A stretch of 64,000 bases of DNA from Okamejei kenojei (GCA_035221665.1 CM069154.1:5518001-5582000); one strand, 5' to 3'. Shown: positions 13,540 to 28,000, counted from the first letter of the stretch. Notes: generated by a model from the letters alone, not told the origin. Translations and numbers: made by a program.

Positions 13540-13815
13540 TTTAGTTTAGTTTAGAGATACAGCATGGAAACATGCCCTTTGCCTCACTAAGTTTGCTCTG
13601 ACCAGCAATCACCCATACACTAGTTCTATCGTGCACACTAGGTACAATTTACAGAAGCCAATTAACTTACAAACCTGCACGTCTTTGGAATGTGGGAGGA
13701 AACCAGAGCACCCAGAGAAAACCCACGCGGTCACAGGGAGAACGTACAATCTCCGTAGTCAGGATTGTCCCAGGCGTCTGGCAGCAACTCTACCGCTGTG
13801 TCACTGTGCCACCCT
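13540..13815 (-). mobile_element. tRNA-derived SINE
   Basis: Same family body (CAGAAGCCAATTAAC.TACAAACCTGCACGTCTTTGG) and (TTTAG)n tail. Confidence 0.75.
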
Positions 13816-14377
13816 GCCTCAAGAAAGCAGCCAACATAATAAAGGAGCTTTTTCACCGCAGTCATCCCCTCCAATCCCTCTTTTGTCCATGATAACATTC
13901 AAGCTTATATTTGCACTTTGCACAAGGACTAGACTATATCAAAAGTATTTTTAGCACTAATTGTTAGTTTACATTTTGAAGGTTTTTGTTAGTTAGTTAG
14001 CTAGTTAAGTTTATTGTCACTCATAAGTCGCTCAGCTCTTCCTCTTCATTGCAAAATAACGTTTAAGTAGAAATGTTATGAGGAACATAAATGAGGAAAA
14101 AGTCAGCAAGACATTGTGTATGAAACCACAATGATCTTGCAGATTAACTCTGGAGTTTCAAATCTTCTCAGCACATTTCAAACATAAATTAATGTTTATA
14201 GAGTAATGAAAATGGTGAAAATAGTCAAAAACCTGGCACGAGTGAGGAATATTTGGTAATACGCTCATCAGGTCATAAGTGATACGGCCCATCAGGTCTA
14301 CCCTACCATTCAATCATGGCTCATCTATCCCTCCCTCCTAACCCCATTCTCCTGCCTTCTCCCCATAACCCCTTTGA

Positions 14378-15245
14378 TTGCAGCCGGATCTGGATCGATT
14401 GACCTGGTGGGCGGAGCATTGGTTGATGGAATGTAATACAGAGAAGTGTGAGGTGTTGCATTTTGGGATGTCGAACAAGGGCAGGACCTACACAGTAAAT
14501 GGCAGGCCTCTGGGTAGTGTTGTAGAGCAGAGGGATCTAGGAGTACAGGTGCACGATTCCTTGAAGGTTGAGTCACAGGTAGATAAAACGGTCAAAAAGA
14601 CTTTTGGCACTTTGGCCTTCATCAGTCAGAGTATTGAGAGTAGAAGTTCGGAGGTCATGTTGCTGTTGTCTAAGATGATGGTGAGACCGCATTTAGAATA
14701 TTGTGTTCAGTTCTGGGCACCATGATAAAGGAAAGATACTGTCAAGCTTGAAAGGGTTCCGAAAAGATTTACGAGGATGTTGCCAAGACTAGAGTGTGTG
14801 AGCTATAGGGTGAGGTTGATTAGGCAGGGTCTCTATTCCACGGAGCCCAGGAGGATAAGGGGTGATCTGAAAGAGGTGTATAAGATCATGAAAGGAATAG
14901 GTTGGGTGGATGTACAAAGTCTTTTGCCCAGAGTAAGGGAATTGAGGACCAGAGGACATAGGTTCAAGGTGAAGGGGAAAAGATTTAATAGGAATCTGAG
15001 GGGTAACTTTTTCCACACAAACGGTGGTGGGTGTATGGAACAAGATGCCAGAGGAGGTAGATGAGGCTGGGACTATCCCATCATTTAGGAAACAGTTGGA
15101 CAGATACATGGATAGGACATGTTTGGAGAGATATGGACCAAGCACAGGCAAGTGGGACTAGTGTACCTGGGACATTGTTGGTGGGTGTGGGCGAGTTGGG
15201 CCGAAGGGCCTGTTTCCACACTGTATCACTCTATGACTCTATGAC
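14378..15245 (+). mobile_element. CR1 LINE 3' fragment
   Basis: ORFs read LDRL..WAEHW.M..NTEKCEVLHFG...RDLGVQVH...VRPHLEYCVQFWAP and RTRGHRFKV. (CTATGACT)n tail. Confidence 0.9.
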
Positions 15246-16584
15246 ACTCTGACCACGCTCTCGTTTCACTCCTGCCATTGGGAAGAAGGTACAGGAGCCT
15301 GAAAACGGTGACCTCCAGGTTCAAGAACAGCTTCTCAGCAGCAACAATTAGGCTTTTGAACACTGCACACTAACCTCAACTATCAGGTAAGGACAGTCTT
15401 TGGTTGCACTAAAGACATCAGTTATTTTTTGTCCTTATTGGACTTATTAACTAATTCATTTTTGTACATTATATATTAACTGTGTGCATTGTGTTTACAA
15501 GCACAATGAGGGGAATAGATAGGATATGTGTTGCTCGGTCAAACCGAAGATAGACACAAAAACCTAGAGTTACTCATCGGGTCAGGCAGCATCTCTAGAG
15601 TAAAGGAATAGGTGATGTTTTGAGTCGAGACCTTTCTTCAGACAGAGTTCGGGGAAAGGGAAACAAGGGTTACAAGGGAAACAAGTCTCTTACCTAGCAT
15701 AGGGGAATCAAGACTCGGGGACAAGACTTCAGGTGAAAGTGAAAAGATTTAATAGGATCCTGAGGGGTATCATGTTTTTACACAGTGAGTTGTGGGTGTA
15801 TGGAATGAGCTAACTGATGAGGTAGTTGAGGCAGGTGCTACAAAAACATTTTAAAGGCTTTTGGACAGTTACATGAATAGGACTGGTTTAGAAGGAAATG
15901 GACCAAACGCTGGCAGGAGGAACTAGAGTAGATGGGGCATCTTGGTCGACATGGACAAGTTGGGCTGAAGGGTGCGTTTCGTGCTGTATAACTCTCTAAA
16001 TCTGCAGACTCGTTGTGCTACTGAAACAAAGCGTTATATTGCTCCCTTGTCGGTAAATATGACAATCATGCACTCTTGACGCGTGCGTTTAACAAAACAA
16101 AATCAACCAAATGTCCTCGACATGGATTCAGTTCCAGTGCATAAAAAAAGTTATGAGAAGAATATACCTTGCACTATATTCGTTTTGAATACTGTTGATA
16201 TCAATCTTGTAATTGGAGATAGTGTGATTGTCATTGGTTCTGTTATAAAAGTATATTTTATTGTTAATGTTTAATGTTTTAGGTGTCATTCCTAATGTCA
16301 CTGTATGTCATATTGTACTTGCGAGCGGAGCACCAAGGCAAATTCCTTGTATGTGAATACTTGGCCAATAAACCTATTCATTCATAAACCTATTCATTCA
16401 TTCATCATTCATTCATAAGATTATTCAAGTTATATTGAGGCAAGGAAATAAAATTAAGTCTCAGCTGTTTTCACATGCAGTGAATAAAGAGAACAAGATT
16501 GTCAGGTGGAACCCATTGCTTTGAGTAAAGTGCCAATTAGCTTGAGAGATATGGTGACCTTTTCTTCAGTGGAATTGGACGTCT

Positions 16585-16895
16585 TAGTTGAGTTTAGTTT
16601 AGTTTAGAGATACAGCATAGAAACAGGACCTTTGGCCCACATTGTTCACGCCAACCAGCGATCCCACCCGCACACCAGCACTATCCTGCACACACTAGGG
16701 TCAATTTACAGTTTTACCGAAGGCAATTAACCTACAAACCTGCACGTCTTTGGAGTGTGGGAAGAAACCAAAGATCTCAGAGAAAAGCCACTTGGTCATG
16801 GGGAGAACATGCAAACTCCGTACAGACAGCATCCGTAGTCAGGATCGAAATCGCGTCTCTGGCGCTGAAATGAGGGCAGCAACTCCACCGCTGTA
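16585..16895 (-). mobile_element. tRNA-derived SINE
   Basis: Family body and (TTTAG)n tail. B-box reverse complement GGATCGAA. Confidence 0.75.
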
Positions 16896-17269
16896 CACCC
16901 GTACACCCTATGTATCATTTATATTTTTGTGTGTCCACGTGTATGTGCCTGTGATGTTGCCACAAGCGTGATTTTCATTGTACCTGCACCTCACCATACG
17001 TGCATATAAGAATAAGCCAGACTTGACTTGAAAACTGATCAGCAAAGTATATTACAATGATGTTCTCATGAGAAAAAGTATTTCCAGAACAATTGATCTG
17101 ATGGGATGTCATAGGTTATAGTTTCCCACTTCTAAATATTCTTCACAGTTAAAACAATGAGGCATTTCCAGGATTGAATACAATTTATTCCTCATGACTG
17201 CAATACAAAATAATATAAATCATTGCTATGAAGGCTAGCAACATTGTTTAAATGGCACCTTTACTGAGT

Positions 17270-17647
17270 GAATAGATTCTTGCTATTGAGGGAATGCAGC
17301 GTAGGCTTACAAGGTTAATTCCCGGGATGGCGGGATTGTCATATGCTGAGAGAATGGAGCAGCTGGGCTTGTACACTCTGGAGTTCAGAAGGATGAGAAG
17401 ATATCTCATTGAAACATATAAGATTGTTAAGGGCTTGGATACGCTAGAGGCAGGAAACATGTTCCCGATGTTGGGGGAGTCCAGAACCAGGGGCCACAGT
17501 TTAAGAATAAGGAGTAAGCCATTTAGAACGGAGACGAGGAAACACTTTTTCTCACAGAGAGTGGTGAGTCTGTGGAATTCTCTGCCTCAGAGGGCGGTGG
17601 AGGCAGGTGCTCTGGATGCTTTCAAGAGAGAGCTAGACAGGGCTCTA
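17270..17647 (+). mobile_element. CR1 LINE fragment
   Basis: QRRLTRLIPGMAGLSYAER...RTRGHSLRI...FFSQRVVSLWNSLP. Confidence 0.9.
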
Positions 17648-17876
17648 CAACATTTACATCAAGCACTTCAGTTCATTCTGCACACAAACATCTTGTCAAG
17701 ACCTATTGATATCATCTTCGTAGAGCATTGGTTTGGCCTGAATTTGTGAAATACTTTATGTAAACACTTTCCGTTTGTTTTATTTTATCAGCATGTTTGA
17801 AAATATTAATGGACATCATTTGGAAGCAGTCGGCGATTTTGATGATCTCTGCAAAACCTACCTTCCTTATACTTGT

Positions 17877-18451
17877 TGTTAGGTACTTCCCCCCCCACCC
17901 CCTCTGGTGAATGCTATATACTTAACTCTTTTGTTTCTCTCCTGAGTGCAGGCCCCGTGGCTGGGAGTCGGAATCAAGGTGTTAAGGGCTCCTGTACCCG
18001 ATTGGCCAAGCTGCGTCAGGTGATGGGTGACTCATCGGAAGCTTCAATACCAGAAGCTCCCAGAACTCTCTCTCTCTTCGTCGACCCTGACTCGTGAGCA
18101 GGTTGCTGGTGTGCAGGAGGCCTGGCCACATGGCATGAAACTTTGTGTACTATTACCTACATTTGTCAATTAATATTGAATTGGGATGGATAAGGGCTGA
18201 CCTGAGTGTTTTCGTGTATTTTGTTTCAGGGTTATTTCCATTTAGGCAGGTTAGAGACTCGAGTTCGACGGCCCATTGCGAGGCTGGCTGGAGCACTGTT
18301 ATCTTTGTTTATTAGTTTATTCTTGTCCTTGACTGGGTTGTTTGAATCAGGTTTGGGTTTTAACAAAATAAAATACTATTTTCTTGAACTTGAGCCTGGT
18401 TTTTGACTATGTTACGCGGGTCTGAGGTACCTGCATTCGGGAGTCATAACA
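17877..18451 (+). mobile_element. Solo LTR (575 bp)
   Basis: Termini TGTTA...TAACA, flanked by a 5-bp direct repeat CTTGT (17872-17876, 18452-18456). AATAAA near 18367. No internal ORF. Confidence 0.75.
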
Positions 18452-20229
18452 CTTGTGAACAATGAGACTGAGATACTGCAGATCCCAAGCAGAGCGAAGT
18501 ACAGCCAGCGTCCCACCTTCCATGTCATGTAACTGAGCAAAGGGGGAAAGATACAGAATCAGTGGGAGGAAACAGACTAGTTCATGTTGGAAACATTCAT
18601 ATCCTGATTGCTGTGAAATCTCTGCGTGGAGCAGGGTACAGCAACAGAGCCCAGGGAGTTCAGCTGGGAAATTCCACCGTCCAGGATCTCAACCCAAAAC
18701 CTCACCTATCCATGTTCTTCAGAGATGCTGCCTGATTCGCTGAGTTACTCCAGCATTTTGCGTCTAGCGTTGATAAAGTTAGATAAGAAAAGATGGGAGA
18801 TGTGACGAGTGGTATGTAAACACCAGCATTGACCAGCTTAGTTGATCTTTTTCTGTGTCTTAAATCCTATGTGACCAGATGTAATTCTGCATAATCCAGG
18901 AATCTCATCACATTTAGGGTATTGTGTGCATTTCTGGTCACCATGTTACAGGAAAGATTTTGTCAAGCTGGAAAGGGTGGAGAGAAGATTTATGAGGATG
19001 TTGCTGAGACTCGAGGGCCTGAGCTATTGGGAAAGGTTGAGCAAGCTAGGTCATTATTCCTTGGAGAGGACGAGGGGTGATCTTATGGAGGTGTACAAAA
19101 TCAAGAGATGAATCAACAAATACTTTCTCATCTTTTTTGAGAAAAAAAGGTAGTGGAGACGGGTACTATTAACAACATTTAAAAGCATTAGGACATGGTA
19201 CGAGGATAGGAAAGGTTTGTAGGGACAGGGGTCAAATGCAGGCCTGGTTTTTACGGTGGCGCAGCTGTAGAGTTGCTGCCTTGCATTGCATAACAGCGCC
19301 AGATACCCGGGTTCAATCCCGGCTTCAGGTGCTTGTCTGTACATGGTTTTCTCCGAGAACTTCAGTTTCCTCCCACACTCCAAACATGTAAACATTTGTG
19401 TTGCTGTGCGGGGATCACTGGATGGTGCGGACACGGTGGGCCAGAGGGCCTGTTTCCGTATTGTATCTCTAAACTAAACTAAACGAAAAAGGGACTAGCG
19501 TACACGGGGCATCTTCATCGGCATTGGCAAGCTGTTTCCGTGCTGTATCACTCTACGATTTTATGAATCACATCCTCAAACTAAGCTTTACCTGGTCTCC
19601 GATGCTCAAATATGTAAATTGTCCTTCAAGGAGTTTATCTGGTGACATGACTGGACTTATCTGATTGCATGTGGCAATAGACAATAGACAATAAACAATA
19701 GGTGCAGGATTGGCTATTTGGCCCTTCGAGCCAGCACTGCCACTCAATATGATCATGGCTGATCATCCACAATCAGTACCCCGTTCCTGCCTTCTCCCCA
19801 TATCCCCTGACTCCGCTATCTTTAAGAGCCCTATCTAGTTCTCTCTTGAAAGTATCCAGGCAACCGGCCTCCACCGCCCTCTGAGGCAGAGGATTCCACA
19901 GACTCACAATTTTCTGTGAAAATGCTCACACATTCCAGGAGTAGAATTTGGCCATTCGGCCCATCAAGTCTACCCCGCCATTCAAACATGGCTGATCTCC
20001 GCCTCCTAAACCAATACAAGTTCAGAAACAGTGTGCCCACATTTGGGGAGGGGGTTGAGGCGGTGAGCAAGGGAATGTTTGCGGTGGTGGACAGAGCGCC
20101 AGTCAAGTGGGCAAACGTCACCTGAATGAAGCTGAGCTTCGAGGAGATGCTCCAATCCAGGCAACAGGAGAGCATTGCAGCCCACTCCTGATAGGTGCAT
20201 TGTCCGTGGTGAGGAGGCTGGGGGAGGTG

Positions 20230-20375
20230 GCAAGTGAGTCACCAACTTAGTCTCGAACCACTGCAAAGTCGTTTCCTGAGTAAACGGACATTGACTGTTT
20301 GACTTCTGTTGTGAATGAGGAAGAGGACAACTCAAACGCAGTGCAGGGTCCAAACCGATCCAACGCAGCCGAGAC
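20230..20375 (+). promoter_or_regulatory. Candidate TATA-less proximal promoter of gene A
   Basis: Non-repeat sequence directly upstream of the leader ATG, with AP-1 TGAGTCA (20235-20241) and ETS-like TTCCTG and GAGGAAG (20317-20323). Motif matches only. Confidence 0.3.
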
Positions 20376-20472
20376 ATGGCAGTGGGACAGGGAGAATTCA
20401 CCCACCAGAAACAGCCCAGATCCAGGGGAACAGTCGCTCTGTTGGTTCTTGTCGCTGTTGGTCTCACACCAG
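20376..20472 (+). CDS. Gene A exon 1: signal peptide of a CD300/pIgR-like receptor
   Basis: Strong Kozak GACATGG. Encodes MAVGQGEFTHQKQPRSRGTVALLVLVAVGLTP plus 1 nt, then donor G|GTAAAT (phase 1). Joins in frame to the V exon (G+GG=Gly). Confidence 0.7.
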
Positions 20473-20719
20473 GTAAATCGTTGTTTTACAAAATGCTCTG
20501 TTCTTTAGAATTATTTACCAGCGCCTTGAATTATTTGTAAACACAGACCTCTCTGTACTGTGTGGGGAGCTGATGATGAATTGCTCAACACTCGTTAGTT
20601 CCTGTAGAGACTTCCATCAGCGGTTGTTGTCGTGTTGTGTGCAGCCAAATTGCACACAGCTCGCTCCCTGTGGAGAAGGGAGATAACTATCTACAGCTTG
20701 CCTTGCCTTGTGGACCTCA

Positions 20720-21085
20720 CTGAAACTTACCAAATAGTGAAAGGCCTGGATAGAGTGGATGGTGGAGGATGTTTCCACTAGTGGGAGAGTCTAGGACCAG
20801 AGGTTCAGAATTAAAGAATTAAAGTTCATTTAGGAAGGAGATGAGGAGGAATTTATTTATTCAGAAGGTAGTGAAACTGTGGAATTCATTGCCACAGAAG
20901 GCTGTGGAGGCCGTCAATAGATATTTCTAAGGCAGAGATAGAGAGATTCTTGATCAGTACTGGTGTCAGGAGTCCTGGATAGAAGGCAGGAGGATTTAGT
21001 TGAGAGGGAAAGGTAGATCAGCCATGATTGAATGGAGGAGAGTAGACTTGATGGGCCAAATGGCCTAATTCTGCTCCTAGTATGA
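20720..21085 (+). mobile_element. CR1 LINE 3' fragment
   Basis: Degenerate ORF2 end and 3' UTR (GATCAGCCATGATTGAATGG). Confidence 0.7.
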
Positions 21086-21109
21086 ATGAACCTATCCTAT
21101 CCATGTACC

Positions 21110-22112
21110 CAGAGCCGGCCATAAGCCGTTTGGACCGATTGCTCCCAATTGGGCCCTGCAAGTAAGGGGGCCCCGCGCCAGAATAATCTACTCTCGGCTC
21201 GGTAGATCTACCCCGGGTGGAGAGAGGGGAGAGAGGGTCGGAGAGAGAGTAGAGGGGTGGAGGGGGAAGAAAGGGGTAGATGGGGAGGGGGGTGTGAGGG
21301 GGAATGGAGAAGGGGGTGAAGGGGGAGAGGGAGAGGTGGGTCGTTCGCTCACGGCAGCGCTCCCACCCCTCCAGTCACCGTGCTTCACGCACACAGCCCC
21401 AGCTCCACCCCTCTCTCCCCGGGGAGACACAGTGATCAATACAGGGTGGGCCGGGCAGGGGGTTGGAGCAACGTTTACAAACATCGGCCTCAGCTCACAC
21501 CCATCCGCCTGGACCCCGGCCTCAGCTCCCGCCACGGGCCCTCTCCCTCCCTTCTCTCCTTCCCTTCTTCCCTCCCTTCCCTTCTTCCCTCTCTCCCTTC
21601 CTCCCTTCCTTCCTCCCTTCTCTCCTTCCCTCCCACACACACATCACGCACAGACAACTAACACACACAACTAAGTTAGGATGGGGTAGAAGCCCAAAGG
21701 GTAGGATGGGGCTGAAGCCCAAAATTTAATGCCTGGATTGGTTTTTCACCAATGGTTATTGGTTTTCCAGGATCTATTTAATTAAATTACTTTTTTTTAA
21801 ATCATTTCACAGTCACAAAAACATGTGGTATTGTAACTATGTACTTTTCAGAGGTGATCTACACATTTTGTTTGTTACTTGTAGGCTTACATGTATGCAA
21901 TTTTATATTAAAATGTAGCTTAGATCAGTTTGGTCCATTAAGTCGCATGCACTTTTTAAGTGCAAATGTTGATTACTTTGCATTCTACCATAGAGATATA
22001 AAGTCCAGAATAGACTTTAATTCTATTTCTATGAATCTAGACCTTGACTGGGAACCTGGGGCTCACCAAAATAGTTACCACTTGGGCCCCACAACTCCTA
22101 AGGCCGGCCCTG
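21110..22112. mobile_element. Non-autonomous hAT-superfamily DNA transposon (MITE-like)
   Basis: Imperfect 16-bp TIRs CAGAGCCGGCCATAAG / CCTAAGGCCGGCCCTG and a perfect 8-bp TSD CATGTACC (21102-21109, 22113-22120). Interrupts a CR1 fragment. Interior is purine/pyrimidine low complexity. Confidence 0.85.
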
Positions 22113-22739
22113 CATGTACCTGTCTAACTGTTTCTTAAATTATGGGATAGTCCCTGCCTCAATTACCTCCTCTGGCAGCTTCATCCATACACCCACCAGC
22201 CTTTGTGTGAAAAAGACACATCATAATTATTCCAGGTGGACGTGGAGTTTGAAACATCAGTGGCAGATCCAGCTTCCACCACAGGCCGGGAACTTTAGTT
22301 CAATGGGGCACAAAGTGCTGACGTAACTCAGTAGGTCAGGCAGTATCTCATGGTCTTGACTTGAAACGTCACCTATCCATGTTCTCCACAGATGCTGCCT
22401 GACCTGCTGAGTCACCACTGACACCACAGGCAGCTGGCTATTCAGCTTTAGTAAAGCACAAAGTGCTGGAGTAAGTCAGCAGGTCAGGCAGCATCTCTGG
22501 AGAACATCGATAGGTGACGTTTTGGGTTGAGACCTGAATTAGGGGAAGGCCAGATGAGGAAAAACCTTTTCACCCAGAGTTGTGAATCTGTAGAATTCTT
22601 TGCCACAGAGGGCAGTGGAGGCCAATTCACTGGATGTATTCAAGAGAGAGTTAGATATAGCTCTTAGGGTTAATGGAATCACGGATTAGGGGAGCAAGGA
22701 GAACAGGGTACTGAATTTTGGATGATCAGCCATGAACAG

Positions 22740-23260
22740 TCTGACCTGGTCACAAAACATCGCATCACTAGTAAAGAGAGCGCAGCAGCGTTTGCACTTT
22801 CTGCGCCGGATGAGAAGAGCTCACCTCCCCATCCCGTCCTCACCACTTTCTACAGGGGCACCATAGAGAGCATTTGACCAGCTGCATCTCTGTCTGGTTT
22901 GGGGACTGCAAAGCCTCCGACTGGAAGTCCGTGCAGAGTGGTGAGGACGGCTGAAAAAATCATCGGGACTTCTCTTCCTTCAATCCGGGACATTGCGTGC
23001 AAACGTTGCTTGTCCAAGGCCAACAGCATTATAAAAGACCCCACACATCTCCATCATGGACTGTTCACTCTGCTGCCCTCGGGCAAATGGTATCGCAGTA
23101 TAAGGAGCAGAACGGCCAGGTTCTGCAACAGCTTCTTCCCCAGAGCCATCAGACTCTTGAATTCCATATAATGTGCCGCCACTATTATCTATTTTATCTT
23201 TTTATCTATTTCATCTTTTCATATATTTTATCCTTTTGTTATTTTATGTTGCACGGTGAG
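22740..23260 (+). mobile_element. Rex1/Babar LINE 3' fragment
   Basis: AQQRLHFLRRMRRAHLP, then RVVRTAEKIIGTSLPSI...IIKDPTH..HGLFTLLPSG...NSFFPRAIRLLNS. Confidence 0.85.
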
Positions 23261-23264
23261 CCAG

Positions 23265-25068
23265 ATAGAAACATAGAAACAGAGAAATTAGGTGCAGGAG
23301 CAGGCCATTCGGCCCTTCGAGCCTGCACCGCCATTCAATATGATCATGGCTGATCATCCAACTCAGTATCCTGTACCTGCCTTCTCTCCATACCCCCTGA
23401 TCCCTTCAGCCACAAGGGCCACATCCAACTCCCTCTTAAATATGACCAACGAACTGGCCTCAACTACCTTCTGTGGCAGAGAATTCCACAGATTCACCAC
23501 TCTGTGTGAAAAACGATTTTCTCATCTCGGTCCTAAAAGACTTCCCCCTTATCCTTAAACTGTGACCCCTTGTCCTGGACTTCCCCAACATCGGGAACAA
23601 TCTTCCTGCATCTAGCTTGTCCAACCCCTTAAGAATTGTGTAAGTCTCTATGAGATCACCCCTCAATCGTCTAAATCGACTGGTGTACCATGACACCCAG
23701 GTCTTGCTGCATCTCCCCTTTTCCTAATCGGTCACCATTCAAACAATAGTCTACTTTCCTGTTTTTGCCACCTCACATTTATCCACATTATACTGCATCT
23801 GCCATGCATTTGCCCACTCACCCAGTCTATCCAAGTCACCCTGCAGCCTCCTAGCATCCTCCTCGCATCCAACACTGCCCCCCAGCTTCGTGTCATCCGC
23901 AAACTTCGAGATGTTGCACTTAATTCCCTCGTCCAAATCATTAATGTATATTGTAAATAGCTGGGGTCCCAGCACTGAGCCTTGCGGCACCCCACTAGCC
24001 ACTGCCTGCCATCCTGAAAAGGACCCGTTCACTCCTACTCTTTGCTTCCTGTCTGCCAGCCATTTCTCTATCCACATCAATACTGAACCACCAATACCGT
24101 GTGCTTTAAGTTTGTATACCAATCTCTTGTGTGGGGCTTTGTCGAAAGCCTTCTGAAAGTCCAGATATAACACATCCACTGCTTCTCCCTTATCCACTCT
24201 ACTAGTTACATCCTCAAAAAATTCAATAAGATTCGTCAGACATGATTTACCTTTCGTAAATCCATGCTGACTTTGTCCAATGATTTCACCACTTTCCAAA
24301 TGCGCTGTTATCCCATCTTTAATAACTGACTATAGCAGTTTCCCCACTACCGATGTTAGACTAACTGGTCTGTAATTCCCCGTTTTCTCTCTCCCTCCCT
24401 TTTTAAAAAGTGGGGTTACATTAGCTACCCTCCAATCCTCAGGAACTACTCCAGAGTCTAAAGAGTTTTGAAAAATTATCACTAAGGCATTTGCTATTTC
24501 TGGGGCTACTTCCCTAAGTACCCTGGGATGCAGCCTATCTGGCCCTGGGGATTTATCGGCCTTTAATCCATTCAATTTACCTAACACCACTTTCCGGCTA
24601 ACCTGGATTTCACTCAGTTCCTCCATCTCATTTGACCCGCGATCCCCTACTATTTCCGGCAAATTATTTATGTCTTCCTTAGTGAAGACAGAACCAAATT
24701 AGTTAGTCAATTGGTCTGCCATTTGTTTTAACTAATCTTTTGCACTTCACATATCGATAAAAACGTTTGCAGTCAGTTTTTATGTTTCCAGCCAGTTTTC
24801 TTTCATACTCCATTTTCCCTTTCCTAATTAAGCCCTTTGTCCTCCTCTGTTGGTCTCTGAATTTCTCCCAGTCCCCTGGTAGGCTGCTTTGTCTGGCTAA
24901 TTTGTACACTTCATCTTTTGCTTTGATACTATCCCTGATTTCCCTTGTTATCCACGGATGCGCTACCTTCCCTAATTTATTCTTTTGCCATACTGGGATG
25001 AACAATTGTAGTTCATCCATGCAGTCTTTAAATGCCTTCCATTGCATATCCACTGTCAACCATTCAAA
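23265..25068 (-). mobile_element. CR1 LINE ORF2 (RT) and 3' end, frameshifted
   Basis: [38 protein letters not shown] and FADD motifs. (TTTCTATG)n tail at 23266. Confidence 0.95.
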
Positions 25069-25069
25069 A

Positions 25070-28000
25070 ATCAATTCGGGTGTAAGGTTGGGTCTACCGC
25101 GCTGATCCTTAGACTCTATTGTAGATTTCTACAAACTTAAAATGCAAGACTTAAAAAGAAATACGGGAATGAGGGATTAACGTTTTGCAGTTGGAACGTT
25201 AAAGGTATTAATGAACCAATAAAGAGAGGAAAAATATTGACACATTTAAAGGCAATTAAAGCTGACGTAATTTATATTCAAGAAACCCACTTAAAAAAAG
25301 ACGCTGAAAACAGGTTGAAAGCTAAATGGATAGACAAAATATATAATTCTTCTTTTACGCATAAATCAAGAGGTGTAGCAATATTATTTCGTAAAGGTAC
25401 TTTATTTAAGCATACATCAACTATATCTGATAAAGATGCAGATACATTATTGTGATAGGAGAAATAAACACAGAAAAAATGATTTTTGTTAATATATATG
25501 GACCAAATTTTGATAGCCCTTTGTTTTTTAAGAAAGTACTCAACAATATTCCGGAATTAACACATTATAATTTGATAATTGGAGGAGATTTTAATTGTAC
25601 ATTAGACCCTTACCTAGACAGATCTTCAAAACAAAGAAAAACTAAATCACATTCTAGTGATTTATTAAATGCATATATCCAAACGACTAATATTAAAGAT
25701 GTTTGGAGAACAGAAAACCCTACTGGTCGAGAATACTCTTTTTTACTCACCAGTACATAAAACTTATTCAAGAATAGATTATTTTTCTGGTAGATGCAAA
25801 GCTTATCTCACTTACTTACGAACCCAAATATCATAATATATAATCTCAGATCATGCACCATTAACATTCAAAATTAAAATAAATGGTAAAAACAGAAAAT
25901 TTAGGACAATGGAAACTTAATCCACAATTTTTTTAAAAATAAAACCACTCAGGAATATATTATAACTCAAATTAAGATTTTTTTTAAAATAAATGATCAA
26001 CCAGAAATATCTCGCTCTTTATTATGGGAAACATTTAAAGCATATCTTCGAGGAATTATGATTTCTTCACAAGCATTCCATAATAAAAAGATTCGGAAGG
26101 AACAACAGGACTTGGAAAGGGAGATTAAACAATTAGATATACAGAATGCAACAAAATCAGATATAATAATACATAATAAAATTGTAGCATTGAAATATAA
26201 ATTAAATAAAATATATACTGATCAAGTTTTAAAATTTTATCAACATACTAAACAATTACAGTTTGAATTTGGAGACAAACCCCAAAAATTATTGGCTCGA
26301 CAATTAAGGAAAATTGAAGCTGAAAAAATTATACATAGGATTAAATCACAAAAATGGTGATTTATTAATACAACCTAAAGATATTAATTAAAGATTTATG
26401 CAATATTATAAAAATCTATATACTGCTAAAGCGACAGTAAATAAAACAGAAATAGATGCTTTTTAAAAAATATGTAACTTAAAAGGATTGGATTTACAAA
26501 ATAGAGAACTATTAAATGCTGATATTTCAATAAAAGAAATCCAAGAATCTATTAGATCATTAAAAAATGGTAAAACACCGGGACCGGATGGTATAGGTTC
26601 GGAATTTTATAAAATTTTTCATGATCATATGGTCCCATATTTGAAATCATTATATGAACAGATATATACACAACAGAAATTACCAGATACGCTGAACGAG
26701 TCTATTATAACACTTATACCCAAAATAAATAAAGACTTGGATGAACCAGGATCATATTGAGCTATAGCTCTATTAAATACGGATCAAAAGATTTTAACAA
26801 AAATATTAGCACAAAGATTAAGTACAGTTGTCAATGAATTAATTCATCCCGATCAAACAGGATTTATACCTAAAAGATATTCCTCATACAATCTAAGACG
26901 GTTATTTAATATTATATATTCGAAAAGAAGTGATAAAAAAGATTTAGTAGTTATCTCGCTGGATGCAGAAAAAGCTTTTGACCAAGTGGTATGGCCTTAT
27001 TTATTTTCGGTGATGGAAGCTTTCAAGCTCGGTGAGAAGTTTACTACTTGGATTAGATTGTTATATGCAAACCCAATAGCTAGAATAACAACAAACCGTA
27101 TGTTATCTACTAAATTTAGTTTATCTCGAGGTTTAGTAGACAAGGCTGTCCTCTATCACCTTTATTGTTCGCGCTAGCAATAGAACCTCTCGCCAAAAGG
27201 ATGAGATTACATCCGGAAATACATGGATATGATACTAAAGATACTAAGAATAAAATCTCGTTATATGCGGACGATGTATTACTTTATATCACTGAACCGG
27301 AAATAAGTATCCGAAATTTGTTAAAACTAATAACGGAATTTGGATTAATCTCAGGATACAGTATCAATTGGAATAAAAGTGAACTTATGCCAATAACGAT
27401 GAATAATTTACAGAAATTACAACAATTTCCTTTCAAGATAACAAATGAAAATATTAAAATATCTTGGCATTTTCGTTACAAAAAAAGATTGATTCTTTAT
27501 TTAAATCTAACTTCCCGTTATTACTGAACAAATTAAATAAGAATATTTTAATACTGGAAAAGTTTACCTATTTCAATGTTAGGTAAAATCAACGCGATAA
27601 AAATGATTTTTCTCCCACAATTATTATATTTATTTCAATTAATCCCGATATATCTCCCTAAAAATTTTTTCAAAAAATTAGACTCCCTAGTTACTAACTT
27701 TATCTGGGATTATAAGAACCACAGAATAAATAAAAAACACTTATGTAAAGCTAAAATAAATGGGGGATTAGCATTACCAAATCTTATGTTTTACTACTGG
27801 GCAGTTAATATCAAAAATATGAATTTTTGGCTAGAAGAAATAGATAACAAACCAAACTGGTTAAAAATGGAAAAAGAAGATTGTTCCCCATTTGAAATTA
27901 GTTCTATAATATTTGCTAACACTAACGTAGCTAAGAAAATTTATAGTGAAAATCCGATAATAGAAAACGGAATCCGCATTTGGAAACAAATAAAGAAAAC

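Noticed and set aside
19831-20508. Several ORFs of 69-153 aa around the gene A leader
   Set aside because: Antisense or off-frame readings of promoter, leader and CR1 tail sequence. The supported frame starts at 20376.
21188-21729. Gly/Arg/Pro-rich ORFs
   Set aside because: Low-complexity interior of the hAT element.
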